Notes: a model not told the origin generated them from the sequence alone. 63,977 bases of DNA, filler included, from 5 parts of 5 records of this genome joined end to end with filler, not necessarily neighbours in it; one strand, 5' to 3'; counted from the whole stretch's first letter, positions 1-9,667 are shown. Translations and numbers: made by a program.

Positions 1-1
1 T

Positions 2-130
2 TATGGTGGAGATATTTCGAGAAAGAAAAAGCTTCTACAAAAGCAAAAAGAAGGTAAGAAAAGAATGAAACAGATAGGAAATGTAGAAATACCACAGGAG
101 GCATTTATCTCTGTTTTGAAGTTAGACTAA
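2..130 (+). CDS. lepA: Elongation factor 4 (LepA), C-terminal fragment
   Basis: Frame from nt 2 reads [42 protein letters not shown], the conserved LepA C-terminus. Not in the ORF track. Confidence 0.96.
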   Translation, partial: YGGDISRKKKLLQKQKEGKKRMKQIGNVEIPQEAFISVLKLD

Positions 131-155
131 TTTTAGATTAATAAAATATAAAAAT

Positions 156-191
156 AAATCCCAATTTACTTTATGAAGTAAATTGGGATTT
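156..191. terminator. Bidirectional intrinsic terminator
   Basis: AAATCCCAATTTACT-ttatga-AGTAAATTGGGATTT perfect 15-bp stem between convergent genes. Confidence 0.85.
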
Positions 192-204
192 TCTAATTTT
201 TGCT

Positions 205-2253
205 TTAATCAATATATGGTAAAGTAAGAATGAACTCAGTGCCTTTATCCTTTTCAGTAATAAGTCGGATATTACCACCAAACTCTTCCAGAATAGTTTT
301 TATTTCTGAAAGCCCTACACCTCTTCCAGCTATATCAGTTACGTTATCAGATGTAGAGAAACCTTCTATAAAAATAAAGTTGACTATTTCCTCATCTGAC
401 AATGAGCTAAGCTTGTCCTGAGTAATAAGATTATTATCTAATAGTTTTTCAGTGACTAGTGAAGGGTCAACACCGTAACCATCATCTGAAAATGTTATTA
501 TAATCCATTCCAAATCACGTTTAATAGAACAATTAATGTTTCCTGACTCCGGCTTTCCTCTTGCTACTCTTTCATATGCTGGTTCGATACCATGTATAAT
601 TGAGTTTCTAAAGAGATGCCCAATAGTATTTAAAATTGGGGAATATATTTCAAAATTTAACTTAATATCATCTCCCTCAACGATAAATGGATTAATCTTT
701 TTGTCAAAATACTCTGCTGCTGACTGTAAATATGATGCAAAGGTATTTAAATTATCTTTTAATGAAACGTAAGTCAGTTTATAAAGTTTATCTTTTAACT
801 CTAATATTTCCAAACCTGTAGTATTTGCACTAAGTTTAGAGCTTAATCCGATAATTTCAGATTTATCTATTAAAATTAGTTTTCGGTTATCGTCTAAATT
901 AAAATAATTTTCACCCAGTAACTTTTCTGATTCTTCTAAATCTCTTCTAAAACTTTCAACAAATGGGTGATTGCTTAATAAATCCTTAACCAAGGAAGTA
1001 GAAACTTTATCAAAATTCATTAACATTTCGTTTAATCTATCCTCAAGCTGATGCAAAGAGTTGGCTGTATAAAATAGGTAGTGTTGTCCAAAAGATCCTT
1101 TAAAAGTATGAACAGTTCTATATATTTTCTGTAAATCATTTTTCTCAATAGTTGTTTTAGCAGTTGTTCTAAGAATAAATGACTTAAATGATTGGTATAG
1201 TTCCTTGATAACAGCTTGGTTAGCTACTAAGTTAACAGTTACTCTTAATATTCTCTCTTCCTCTTTTAGCTTCTTCTCAAATAATACTTTTTCTGAAATA
1301 TCAGTTAGGATAACCATTATTTTTTTACTATTCTCTAATAGTTTATATTCTAACTTAATATGTCTTTCATTAATAATAGCCTTCTCAGGAAGTAGAGATA
1401 AATAAACTTTTAATCTTAACCTATTATTGGACGTAAAAGCATCAATGATATTTACCAGTGTTTTATGAATCAATACTTTATCAATTTTATCATCTTGAAA
1501 AACTAACTCAACAAAATTTCGTCCAGATGGAATACAATTAAGGATTGTTTCACATTCCAAACTGTACTCTCCATCAATTACTAAGTCAGTACCAAAAGAA
1601 AGAAAACCTTGCCCAGCATGATCTAGTAAAGTCGTTAATGAAGCTGTTTTATCTTCTAATTCTTTTTTAGTGTTGAGTAGATGTTCCTGTTGTTTATCAC
1701 TTATGTGTGTTAGTTTAACGATTTGACGTAAAAGTTTTTTATAACTTTTTCCTAATTTGAGGAACTCAGTAAAAATAGGAGATGTATCCTTTTCTTTGGA
1801 ATATTTTTTTAGGACATATTCAATATTGCCTAGTGTATCATTTTCAGTTTTGAATTCCAATGGAATTTTAAGCTTTTGATTCAAAGATATGATATTAAAA
1901 TTAAATCTAATATCTTCTTTAAACTCCTGAGCAATTTCTAACATATCTTTATTACTATCGTCATAATACCAATTTAAAACTGGCTCCTTACCATTCTCAT
2001 AAGCGTCTTCAAGTAAATCTATTACGTTCATTATACACTTTGTGCTACTTGTATTTAAATAGTGGAATGAAAACTCAAATACAGCTCTTTCATCTAGCTC
2101 ATTTAAATATCTCTCTATCCAATCGATAATCGGCTGATAAAATTTAAAAGCATTTTCAGGATAGGATTGTCCCTCAATTTTTAATACATTTTTTTTACGG
2201 TTAAAATATACTTCCGGGGTGCTGCCCGAACTCTCTATAAATAAATTATCCAA
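205..2253 (-). CDS. SiaC (DUF1987) domain fused to SiaD-type helix, PAS-like region, Hpt and CheA-like HATPase
   Basis: N-terminal ~124 aa paralogous to 3029-3412 (GQSYPENAFKFY, YLNTSS). Then YKKLLRQIVKLTHISDKQQ, Hpt motif HTFKGS, and CheA P4 boxes HLFRNSIIHGIE, DDGYG, GFST..GRGVGL. Confidence 0.85.
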   Translation of the reverse strand: MDNLFIESSGSTPEVYFNRKKNVLKIEGQSYPENAFKFYQPIIDWIERYLNELDERAVFEFSFHYLNTSSTKCIMNVIDLLEDAYENGKEPVLNWYYDDSNKDMLEIAQEFKEDIRFNFNIISLNQKLKIPLEFKTENDTLGNIEYVLKKYSKEKDTSPIFTEFLKLGKSYKKLLRQIVKLTHISDKQQEHLLNTKKELEDKTASLTTLLDHAGQGFLSFGTDLVIDGEYSLECETILNCIPSGRNFVELVFQDDKIDKVLIHKTLVNIIDAFTSNNRLRLKVYLSLLPEKAIINERHIKLEYKLLENSKKIMVILTDISEKVLFEKKLKEEERILRVTVNLVANQAVIKELYQSFKSFILRTTAKTTIEKNDLQKIYRTVHTFKGSFGQHYLFYTANSLHQLEDRLNEMLMNFDKVSTSLVKDLLSNHPFVESFRRDLEESEKLLGENYFNLDDNRKLILIDKSEIIGLSSKLSANTTGLEILELKDKLYKLTYVSLKDNLNTFASYLQSAAEYFDKKINPFIVEGDDIKLNFEIYSPILNTIGHLFRNSIIHGIEPAYERVARGKPESGNINCSIKRDLEWIIITFSDDGYGVDPSLVTEKLLDNNLITQDKLSSLSDEEIVNFIFIEGFSTSDNVTDIAGRGVGLSEIKTILEEFGGNIRLITEKDKGTEFILTLPYID

Positions 2254-2300
2254 TTTTTTCCCCCTCTATCAATTGTCAATAAGTGAATTAATAATATTTA

Positions 2301-2996
2301 TTAACAATTAACCTCTACTCTGTTTCTACCATTCTCTTTAGCTTTATAAAGAGCTTCATCAGCTCTAATGATAACATCTTCGACGGCTTCTCCATATTTA
2401 TACTGCGCAATACCAAAACTTGCTGTTATGTTTCCTACAGTTTGAAAAGAAAGATTAGCAATAGATCTTCTTAACTCTTCCGCATGTTTTTTTATCGATT
2501 CACAGTTAGAATTAGGAGAAATTATCATAAATTCTTCTCCTCCCCACCTACCAAGTATGTCATTTAATTTAACTTGTTTTTTTAGCAAATCAGAGAATTG
2601 AATTAATACTGAATCTCCAACGTGGTGCCCATATAAATCATTTACTTCTTTAAATTTATCAATATCAATCATTATGATTGATAAAGGCAAAGAATCTAAT
2701 TTAAAATTAGAAGCCTTATCAGCTAAAGTTTCATCAAGCTTTCTTCTATTATTTAGTTTAGTTAAACTATCAGTAATGATTAGTTCTTTTAAATCGTCTT
2801 GAGCAGAGATAAGTTTTCTCTGTAATTTATCACTAATAGTTGTTAGCTTAACTAATTGCCTAAATAATTTTTTATAATTTTTAGTTAATTCACAGTACTC
2901 CTTATGAAAATCCACATTATTATAATTTTCTTGACTTTCAATAATACTCATAGCTTTAGTTATAATCTTATTTTCATGCTGAAAATCTGATGACAT
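2301..2996 (-). CDS. siaD: SiaD-like diguanylate cyclase
   Basis: DSLTKLNNRR, DIDKFKEVND, GRWGGEEF. N-terminal helix YKKLFRQLVKLTTISDKLQ resembles the SiaD SiaC-binding stalk. Lies next to siaC. Confidence 0.85.
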   Translation of the reverse strand: MSSDFQHENKIITKAMSIIESQENYNNVDFHKEYCELTKNYKKLFRQLVKLTTISDKLQRKLISAQDDLKELIITDSLTKLNNRRKLDETLADKASNFKLDSLPLSIIMIDIDKFKEVNDLYGHHVGDSVLIQFSDLLKKQVKLNDILGRWGGEEFMIISPNSNCESIKKHAEELRRSIANLSFQTVGNITASFGIAQYKYGEAVEDVIIRADEALYKAKENGRNRVEVNC

Positions 2997-3028
2997 AAAT
3001 TACTCCTGACTTATTTGATATTATTTCA

Positions 3029-3412
3029 TTAACCAATTTTTACTGGAATAATGTTAAAGTTAAAATCAATATCCTCTTGAAATTCCTCTGCAACTTCCTC
3101 TAAGCTTTCATTGTCTTTGTCATAATACCAGTTCAAATGGAATTTTAACCCATCATTATAAGCATCCTCTAACATATCAATAATATTCATTACACATTTA
3201 GAGCTACTGGTATTTAAATATGAAAAATTAAACTCAAAAGTTGGTCCATCCGGAGAACTACTTAAAAAATCTTCAAGCCACTTTATAACTGGTTCGTAAA
3301 ATTTAAAAGAGTTTTCAGGATAGGATTGTCCTACAATCCTATAGGTATTTTTATCTAATAAAAACTCAACTTTTGGAGTTGATTTAGTTCTATCTATAAT
3401 TAAGTTATTCAA
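3029..3412 (-). CDS. siaC: SiaC family phosphoprotein (DUF1987)
   Basis: STPKVEF, GQSYPENS, YLNTSSSK (phospho-Thr motif), NWYYD; RBS GGAGG. Confidence 0.9.
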   Translation of the reverse strand: MNNLIIDRTKSTPKVEFLLDKNTYRIVGQSYPENSFKFYEPVIKWLEDFLSSSPDGPTFEFNFSYLNTSSSKCVMNIIDMLEDAYNDGLKFHLNWYYDKDNESLEEVAEEFQEDIDFNFNIIPVKIG

Positions 3413-3441
3413 AACACTACCTCCTGCAAGTATAAACTACA

Positions 3442-3984
3442 CTAGAATCTCCAAGCAAAAAAAGAAAAAGTATCATCCAATTTTTTAAATGCAAACTCAA
3501 TTTCTCTAGATGATTTGCGCGCCATGTCTATAAATCCAAGTCCTGCACTATTATCTTTGGAGTTAGAATTTTTTAGTATTTGGATCCTATATAGTTCTTT
3601 TAACTCTGTTTTATCAAGTTTTTTAATTCTATCGAGATGTTCTTTTAATATAATAGCATCTTGATGAAGTATTAAATTTCCAGAAGAAACAGAAAAAAAC
3701 TGACCTTTTTTGCTAATAGTGATTATTCCTGATTTATTAATTTTGTTGTATATTTCAGGAGACTCTAATTTGGATTCGATATATTTTTTGATATTTTGAG
3801 CTTGTTCAATATATACAGAAAATATATTGTGATTTCTAGATTTATTGCCAATCTCGAAATCAATATAAGCTTTAGTTGTATCTCCAAATTCTTCAATAAG
3901 TCCTTGTGAAAAAGGACCAGCAAAACTCATAAGAACGCCAAAATCATCTTGTATTTTTTTCAGCTCATACAGTCTTCTCAACAT
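3442..3984 (-). CDS. siaB: SiaB family protein kinase (copy 2)
   Basis: FAGPFSQ, VYIEQAQNI, SSGNLI, SAGLGFIDMARKS. The last codons are probably shifted by a T-run error (alternative end FFCLEILV* at 3437). Confidence 0.88.
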   Translation of the reverse strand: MLRRLYELKKIQDDFGVLMSFAGPFSQGLIEEFGDTTKAYIDFEIGNKSRNHNIFSVYIEQAQNIKKYIESKLESPEIYNKINKSGIITISKKGQFFSVSSGNLILHQDAIILKEHLDRIKKLDKTELKELYRIQILKNSNSKDNSAGLGFIDMARKSSREIEFAFKKLDDTFSFFAWRF

Positions 3985-4035
3985 TCAAATATTTCCTCCC
4001 AACCCTGTAAATACTTGAACTAGTTTTCTTCTAAG

Positions 4036-4576
4036 CTAAATGCAAACCTCGATGGAAAAAAATAAAAACTCTTCATCTATTCCCGTAAATGAATATCTAA
4101 TTTTTCCTTTTGCAAGTTTAGCCATTTCTACTAATCCAAGTCCATTTTTAACATTTTTATCCTTTAGGTATGTTTTATGTAATTTTCTTAGCTCTTTATA
4201 ATTTAACTCAATCAGAGCATCTATTTTTTTGCTTTAAAGGGATTGAATCTTCCTTTGTAATTAAATTTCCAGAGGAAACAATGTATTGATCATTAGCTTG
4301 ATCTATAAGAATAATTCCTGAGTCAAAAATTTTATCATAAATAAAAGGTTTATTTTTATTATGATTAACATATTCTTTTATATTTTGAGTTTGCTCAACA
4401 AAAACGGAAAAAACATCATACGTTTTAGACTTTTCCACTTTTTTTGTAGTAAGGTATTGTAGGATTGTTTCTCCTATTTCTACAATTATTCCCTGTGAAA
4501 AAGGACCTGTGAAAGTTAAAAGAGTATCTTGTTTTTTATTGAATCTTTTGTAAACACATAAATCATCTGTATTCAA
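4036..4576 (-). CDS. siaB: SiaB family protein kinase (copy 1), one frameshift in an A7 run near 4224-4230
   Basis: FTGPFSQ, FVEQTQNI, SSGNLI. Removing one A continues as KIDALIELNYKELRKLH...NGLGLVEMAKLAKGKIRYSF...FFSIEVCI* (stop at 4036-4038). Confidence 0.82.
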
Positions 4577-4701
4577 ATTACCCTCCTCCTTTCAAATAAA
4601 AATATGTCTAAGCAGAATTATTTATATTTTTATAGACACTACTAGAATTATAACATAGGAAAATCTATTTTTAAACAAAAAAAATAGAAAATATTATAAA
4701 A

Positions 4702-4754
4702 ATTGGCTGACTAAAACTCCATTTATTTAATCTGGATGTTTTTGGTCAGCCAAT
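4702..4754 (-). terminator. Probable terminator hairpin after the thioredoxin-like gene
   Basis: ATTGGCTGACTAAAA ... TTTTGGTCAGCCAAT inverted repeat. Confidence 0.6.
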
Positions 4755-4757
4755 AAA

Positions 4758-5294
4758 TTATCTAATTATTTTTAAAATTTCATCAACTAAAAATAGTTCA
4801 ATAGAAAAGAGGTATTTTCCTTTTCGATATTCATAAATCAGATCATTTTTTTTCGTTTCATTAGCTGAATCTAATTTAATTTTAAAATCAGGAAGAAACT
4901 CTTCATAAATCAAGGTTAGTTCATCTTCACCAATTCCTATATCCTCAACCATAACTGAAGGTATTTTTGAGTGTTCAGTATGTTTTTCCATATATTTCTC
5001 ATTTCCAGTTCTAGGAAAAATATAGAGGTTGATCTTATCATTTAACAATCGCATTTTTTCCAGAATAGGAATTAAAATTCTACTATCTGGGCAATAAATT
5101 TCAGCGAAAACAATAATATTGGTATTGATTTTAATCTCTTTAATTTTTTTAATTACATCGGGGTTTAGATTAGTTTTTTCGTAAATTTCCATCTGTTTCA
5201 ACTTGTAATCCTTTAATGATGAAATAAGATATTCGTTATAATCCCAAGCCTCTTCAAATTTAAGCATTTTATACACCTCCGAAAAATATACCAA
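4758..5294 (-). CDS. Thioredoxin-fold protein (single-Cys CPDS motif)
   Basis: IIVFAEIYCPDSRILIP and a cis-Pro-like KIPSV segment; resembles the Thioredoxin_9 family. Confidence 0.7.
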   Translation of the reverse strand: MVYFSEVYKMLKFEEAWDYNEYLISSLKDYKLKQMEIYEKTNLNPDVIKKIKEIKINTNIIVFAEIYCPDSRILIPILEKMRLLNDKINLYIFPRTGNEKYMEKHTEHSKIPSVMVEDIGIGEDELTLIYEEFLPDFKIKLDSANETKKNDLIYEYRKGKYLFSIELFLVDEILKIIR

Positions 5295-5364
5295 TATTTA
5301 CTATGAGTATAGTTTATTTTCTATCTTTTTTCAATAGTAAGTAACTAAATAATTATTTACTTAC

Positions 5365-7069
5365 TTACTCGATTTCAATATTATATGGATATAGTGTTGT
5401 AGGCTGTTTATTAATTGATTTAATAAATTTCAATTCAGAATCAATTTTATTAAGTTTACTTGATAAGAGTCCACCTGACATACGTTCTGCAAATTTAGTA
5501 ATAAACTCAAATGCATCAATGGGCTTTACGACCTCTATTACTTGATATTCCGTCAAAGATAATCTACTAGCTAATTGTTTAATTGTAGTATCAAGACCAC
5601 CGATCTCGTCAACTAGGCCATTATTGCTAGCTTCATCTCCAAGCCAAATTTTACCTTGAGAGATTTCTTCTAAGGAGGAGCTGTCGATAGCTCTTCCATC
5701 AATTACTCTTTGTTTAAATTCCTCATATATATTTTGCTGTGATTTTACCATAAGCTCAAGTTCTTCTTCATTTAATGGTCTTTGTAGTGAAAACATATCA
5801 GAATATTTCCCCTTTGTAATAGACTCCATATTAATACTTAAATTTTCAAATAATTCATTAACGTTAAATATTAAGCCGACTACTCCAATTGAACCAGTAA
5901 TTGTTGCTTCATCTGCAAATATTTTATCAGCATTTGATGCTATATAATATCCTCCAGATGCGGCAGTACTTCCCATTGAAACATAAATTGGTTTTTTAGT
6001 TTTTGCTTCAAGAATTTTGCGTAATTATCTCGGCCGAAAGAGCAACCCCTCCCGGAGAATTAACCCTAATTACAATTCCTTTTATATTTTCATCATTCAT
6101 AGCTCGATCAATCTCTTCAGTCATAACTTCAGGTGAGATAACATTATCACTTGGATTAGCCGGACTTCCGTAAATGATATTTCCTTCAGCATAAATAAGA
6201 GCTATCTTATTTTGATTTAACTTTACCTTAATAGTATTACTGTATTTAGTAATTGAAATTCTGTTTTTTAAGTTTCTTTTATTAATGAAATTATCAAAAT
6301 ACTCAAGAGAATCAACTATTCCGAACTCTTTTGCATCAAAAGAATCATTTCTAGCAAATACACCATTATAGATTTCATTTGTAATTAGTTCTCCCGAAAT
6401 ATCAAGTCTATTACCAATAAATTCACCAAGGTTACTGTATCTTTTATCATATATACGAACTATCTCTTCTTTTCTTTCGCTACTCATTTCGTCTAACACA
6501 AGGTGTTCACCGTATGTTTTATAATCGCCTGTATGAACAACCTGAAAATTGATACCAATATTATCAAGTAATGGCTTGAAATATGGAGTTGAATATGAGT
6601 ATCCAGTTAAATGTAGGTTAGTAGAGTGAGACGGAGTCATAACTGCTTCATCAGCTATCATGGCGAATCTTATATTGCCAGTATGTATTGAGTTTCCAAA
6701 TGCATAAACTTTTTTCCCCGTCGATTGAAACTCTTGTAACTTATTAATAATTTCTTCGGTGTGTGCTCCAGATAATTTTATTTTATCAAGGTCAATATAT
6801 ATTCCACTAATTTTATCATCAGTTTTAGCATTTTCAATAGATTTAATAACAGAGTATAGAGTTAGCTGAGATTCATTTAGTAACTCCATTAATTGCTTGT
6901 TTCCACGTGACTTTTCAGTTAAGCCATTTGGAAATGACAATTCAAGAAATGAATTTTCCTTAACAACTAAAGATTTTTCAGGCATGATATTATTCATTTT
7001 TTCTGAAATTAAAGTATTAACCACATAAAATATTAATGCAATCATTAATAATGTGGATAAAATAAACAT
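5365..7069 (-). CDS. sppA: Signal peptide peptidase SppA (67K type), split by a frameshift near 6010-6025; 5' end may be cut
   Basis: HTGDYKTYGE, VIRVNSPGG, VSMGSTAASGGYYIA, ITGSIGV, GKIWLG, GLVDEIGG. Confidence 0.92.
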
Positions 7070-7079
7070 AATGATTTTT

Positions 7080-7179
7080 NNNNNNNNNNNNNNNNNNNNN
7101 NNNNNNNNNNNNNNNNNNNNNNNTTAATTAATTAANNNNNNNNNNNNNNNNNNNNNNNNNNNNNNNNNNNNNNNNNNNN
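7080..7179. other. Artificial contig linker
   Basis: N run containing TTAATTAATTAA (stops in all frames); base composition changes across it. Confidence 0.98.
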
Positions 7180-7267
7180 AAACCTGCTGAAAGGCAGGGA
7201 CGCAAAACTGAGGGTCTAAGGTTCATAAGCTTTACATAAGGCATGGACTATGACAGCCGGTTACCGA
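7180..7267 (+). ncRNA. c-di-GMP-I (GEMM) riboswitch aptamer, 5' strand cut by the contig edge
   Basis: AAAC-CTGCT-GAAA-GGCAG-GGACGCAAA-ACTGAGGGTCTAAGG...CTATGACAGCCGGTTACCG matches the GEMM pattern (GNRA-capped P2, GACGCAAA, CTAA receptor). Confidence 0.88.
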
Positions 7268-7285
7268 ACTTGGAGGATAATAACT

Positions 7286-7319
7286 AACTCCTTCCCGAGT
7301 GTTCGGTGAAGGAGTTTTT
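7286..7319 (+). terminator. Riboswitch expression-platform terminator
   Basis: AACTCCTTC-CCGA-gtgt-TCGG-t-GAAGGAGTT followed by a T run. Confidence 0.8.
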
Positions 7320-7374
7320 GTATCTAAGCTCCTTAGGACCGGTTTGCCTCAATTGGTTGAAGAGGAGAGAGCAC

Positions 7375-7623
7375 ATGTCCAGGGACGCATTAAAACAGCG
7401 TATGCTGACGCTTCACGGCGAGGGGAAGAGTGTCGAGGAACTCTGTCAGGAGTACGACGTTCCCAAATCGACCATGTACAGATGGATTCGAAAATCAAAA
7501 ACTAACCAACCGGAGATATCTGAGGAGGATATCCGCACAATCGTCACCAGACTGACTACGATTGAAGAGGAAGCCAGAACTTACAAAAAGGTATTGCAGC
7601 TGCTCAAGCAGGCAGAGAAGTAG
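7375..7623 (+). CDS. 82-aa HTH protein resembling IS3-family OrfA, with no OrfB
   Basis: RBS GAGGAG then ATG at 7375. GKSVEELCQEYDVPKSTMYRWIRK HTH followed by a coiled coil ending in YKK. Confidence 0.72.
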   Translation: MSRDALKQRMLTLHGEGKSVEELCQEYDVPKSTMYRWIRKSKTNQPEISEEDIRTIVTRLTTIEEEARTYKKVLQLLKQAEK

Positions 7624-7669
7624 ACTAAGCCCGTCCAATTTCGACTTCTTTGAAATGAGGTGAGAGCAC

Positions 7670-9520
7670 GTGAAAGCAAGTGATAAACTGCGTAAATTTA
7701 TGACCTTCTCGGCCGATGCCTTGAGCATCGCAGCCGGTAGTGTTATATGTGCGCTGATGTTTTATCCGACGGCACTGTACTCTGGCAGCGCACTATCCTT
7801 TGTTGCAGTACTGGTCATAACGATGGGCCTTTTATGCCTGATCTTAAAAACGTACGAAAATACGATTTATGATAATATAGCCATGAGCGTTCTGTCAGCC
7901 GTTGGTACGTTCGTACTGGCGTTCCTTCTGTCGGTTATGATTATGTTCCTGTTTGATATGGAACGGTTTAACCTGATACTGCTGGTGAATACTGTCGTGT
8001 ACGTCGTATTTTTCCTGGGTTTATACAGGCTGGCTATTTTGTTGCTCCGGCGGCTGTATATGTATATAGTCGTTCGTAACCAGAAGTCGGGTATGAAACG
8101 TGTTATCATCATGGGCGCAGGTGACGCGGGGCGGTTTCTGGCCGATATGCTGCGCAATGACAAGTCCAAGAACATGTACCCCGTAGCCTTTATTGACGAC
8201 AACCCGGAGCTGACTGGAAAAATTATAAAGGGCATAAAGGTCATCGGTAACCGCTCGCTTATCCCATATGCGGCGGAAAAGTTCATGGCGGATATTATTA
8301 TCATCGCTATCCCGTTTGTTGACAATTCGACGATTCGTGACATTTTCAGCTTATGCAACGAGGCCGACTGCGTTGTCCGTCGTTTTGGGAATATGACGAC
8401 TTTTACGGATGAAGCGCTCAAAAAAGCAACGATCAATGAAATCAACGTTGAAGATCTCTTGGGACGTGATGTCGTCAAGCTGGACCTTAAAGCTGTCAGC
8501 GATTATATTGAACGCAAGACGGTACTCGTCTCAGGCGGCGCCGGGTCTATCGGCTTTGAGCTGTGTAATCAGATCCTTCACTACAAGGCTGAGCTTGTTG
8601 TATTGTTTGATATTAATGAAAATAAGATTTTTGATGCCGAGGTCGAACTGAGCAGAAAGTTTCCCAGTACACAGTTTGTCTCCTGCATTGGTTCCATACA
8701 GGACCGTGCGCGTCTCCGTGAGGTTTTTGAAAAATACAAGCCGTCCATCGTTTTTCACGCAGCGGCTCATAAGCACGTTCCGATGATGGAGAAAAATCCT
8801 CAGGAAGCGCTTAAAAACAACGTTATGGGGACGCTTAATATGGTGGAAATGGCCATCAAGACCAAGGTGGACCGGTTTATCCTCATATCCACTGACAAGG
8901 CCGTTAATCCCACAAATATTATGGGAGCAACCAAGCGGGTGGCAGAGATGCTGATCCAGCGCGCCAACGCCTGGGGGAATACACGCTTTTCGGCTGTCCG
9001 CTTTGGAAATGTCCTCGGCAGCAACGGCAGTGTTGTCCCGCTGTTTAAAAAACAGATCGAGGCGGGCGGACCTGTTACCGTTACGGACAGAAATATTAAA
9101 CGCTATTTTATGACCATCCCGGAAGCTGTTCAGCTTGTGCTGGAGACCGGCGCACTTTCCAAGGGCGGCGAGATTTTTGTTTTGGACATGGGTGAGGCCG
9201 TCCATATATACGATCTGGCGACCTCGATGATCCGACTGTCGGGATTACAGCCGGAAAAAGACATTAAAATTGAAATTACCGGCCTGCGTCCGGGCGAGAA
9301 GCTTTTTGAGGAAATCAGTTTGAGCGAGGAATCTGTGTCAAAAACAAGCAATGACCGTATATTTGTTTTGAAAGCAGGAGGCAATCCGCCCATGCTTTTT
9401 GAGGCAGAATTCGAAAAGCTGTGTCAGTCCATTGATAAGCTGGATTACAATGAGGCGTTCAGCAAGGTGCATGTTCTGGTACCCACGTTTCGCGACAGGA
9501 TCACGGGCATGTCGGTTTAG
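7670..9520 (+). CDS. Membrane-anchored nucleotide-sugar 4,6-dehydratase (CapD/PglF family)
   Basis: Four TM helices, GAGDAG, EDLLGR, GGAGSIG, HAAAHKHVP, STDKAVNP, RFGNVLGSNGSV, GLRPGEKLFEE. Confidence 0.93.
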   Translation: MKASDKLRKFMTFSADALSIAAGSVICALMFYPTALYSGSALSFVAVLVITMGLLCLILKTYENTIYDNIAMSVLSAVGTFVLAFLLSVMIMFLFDMERFNLILLVNTVVYVVFFLGLYRLAILLLRRLYMYIVVRNQKSGMKRVIIMGAGDAGRFLADMLRNDKSKNMYPVAFIDDNPELTGKIIKGIKVIGNRSLIPYAAEKFMADIIIIAIPFVDNSTIRDIFSLCNEADCVVRRFGNMTTFTDEALKKATINEINVEDLLGRDVVKLDLKAVSDYIERKTVLVSGGAGSIGFELCNQILHYKAELVVLFDINENKIFDAEVELSRKFPSTQFVSCIGSIQDRARLREVFEKYKPSIVFHAAAHKHVPMMEKNPQEALKNNVMGTLNMVEMAIKTKVDRFILISTDKAVNPTNIMGATKRVAEMLIQRANAWGNTRFSAVRFGNVLGSNGSVVPLFKKQIEAGGPVTVTDRNIKRYFMTIPEAVQLVLETGALSKGGEIFVLDMGEAVHIYDLATSMIRLSGLQPEKDIKIEITGLRPGEKLFEEISLSEESVSKTSNDRIFVLKAGGNPPMLFEAEFEKLCQSIDKLDYNEAFSKVHVLVPTFRDRITGMSV

Positions 9521-9540
9521 GCTTTCACCAATACAGTAAA

Positions 9541-9574
9541 GAGGCCCTCCGGTAAAAATATACCGGAGGGCCTC
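9541..9574. terminator. Terminator hairpin
   Basis: GAGGCCCTCCGGTA-aaaata-TACCGGAGGGCCTC. Confidence 0.8.
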
Positions 9575-9613
9575 TATCTTGGTTGGTAATATATTCTTGT
9601 CTGATGGTTACGA

Positions 9614-9641
9614 TTGACAATGTCGCGGCTCTCTATATAAT
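9614..9641 (+). promoter_or_regulatory. Sigma-A promoter
   Basis: TTGACA-N16-TATAAT upstream of RBS GAGGAG and ATG at 9668. Confidence 0.75.
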
Positions 9642-9667
9642 TAAAGTAAGTGAGGAGTGTTATTGTT

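Noticed and set aside
7124-7135. TTAATTAATTAA repeated four times in the window
   Set aside because: Synthetic all-frame stop linker within N runs.
2301-7319. Linking the SiaD cyclase to the c-di-GMP riboswitch as one circuit
   Set aside because: They are on different contigs, separated by an artificial linker and with very different base composition.
7581-7623. Programmed -1 frameshift fusing the OrfA-like gene to a downstream ORF
   Set aside because: The site is C AAA AAG rather than a full slippery heptamer, and the -1 frame stops within about 15 codons.
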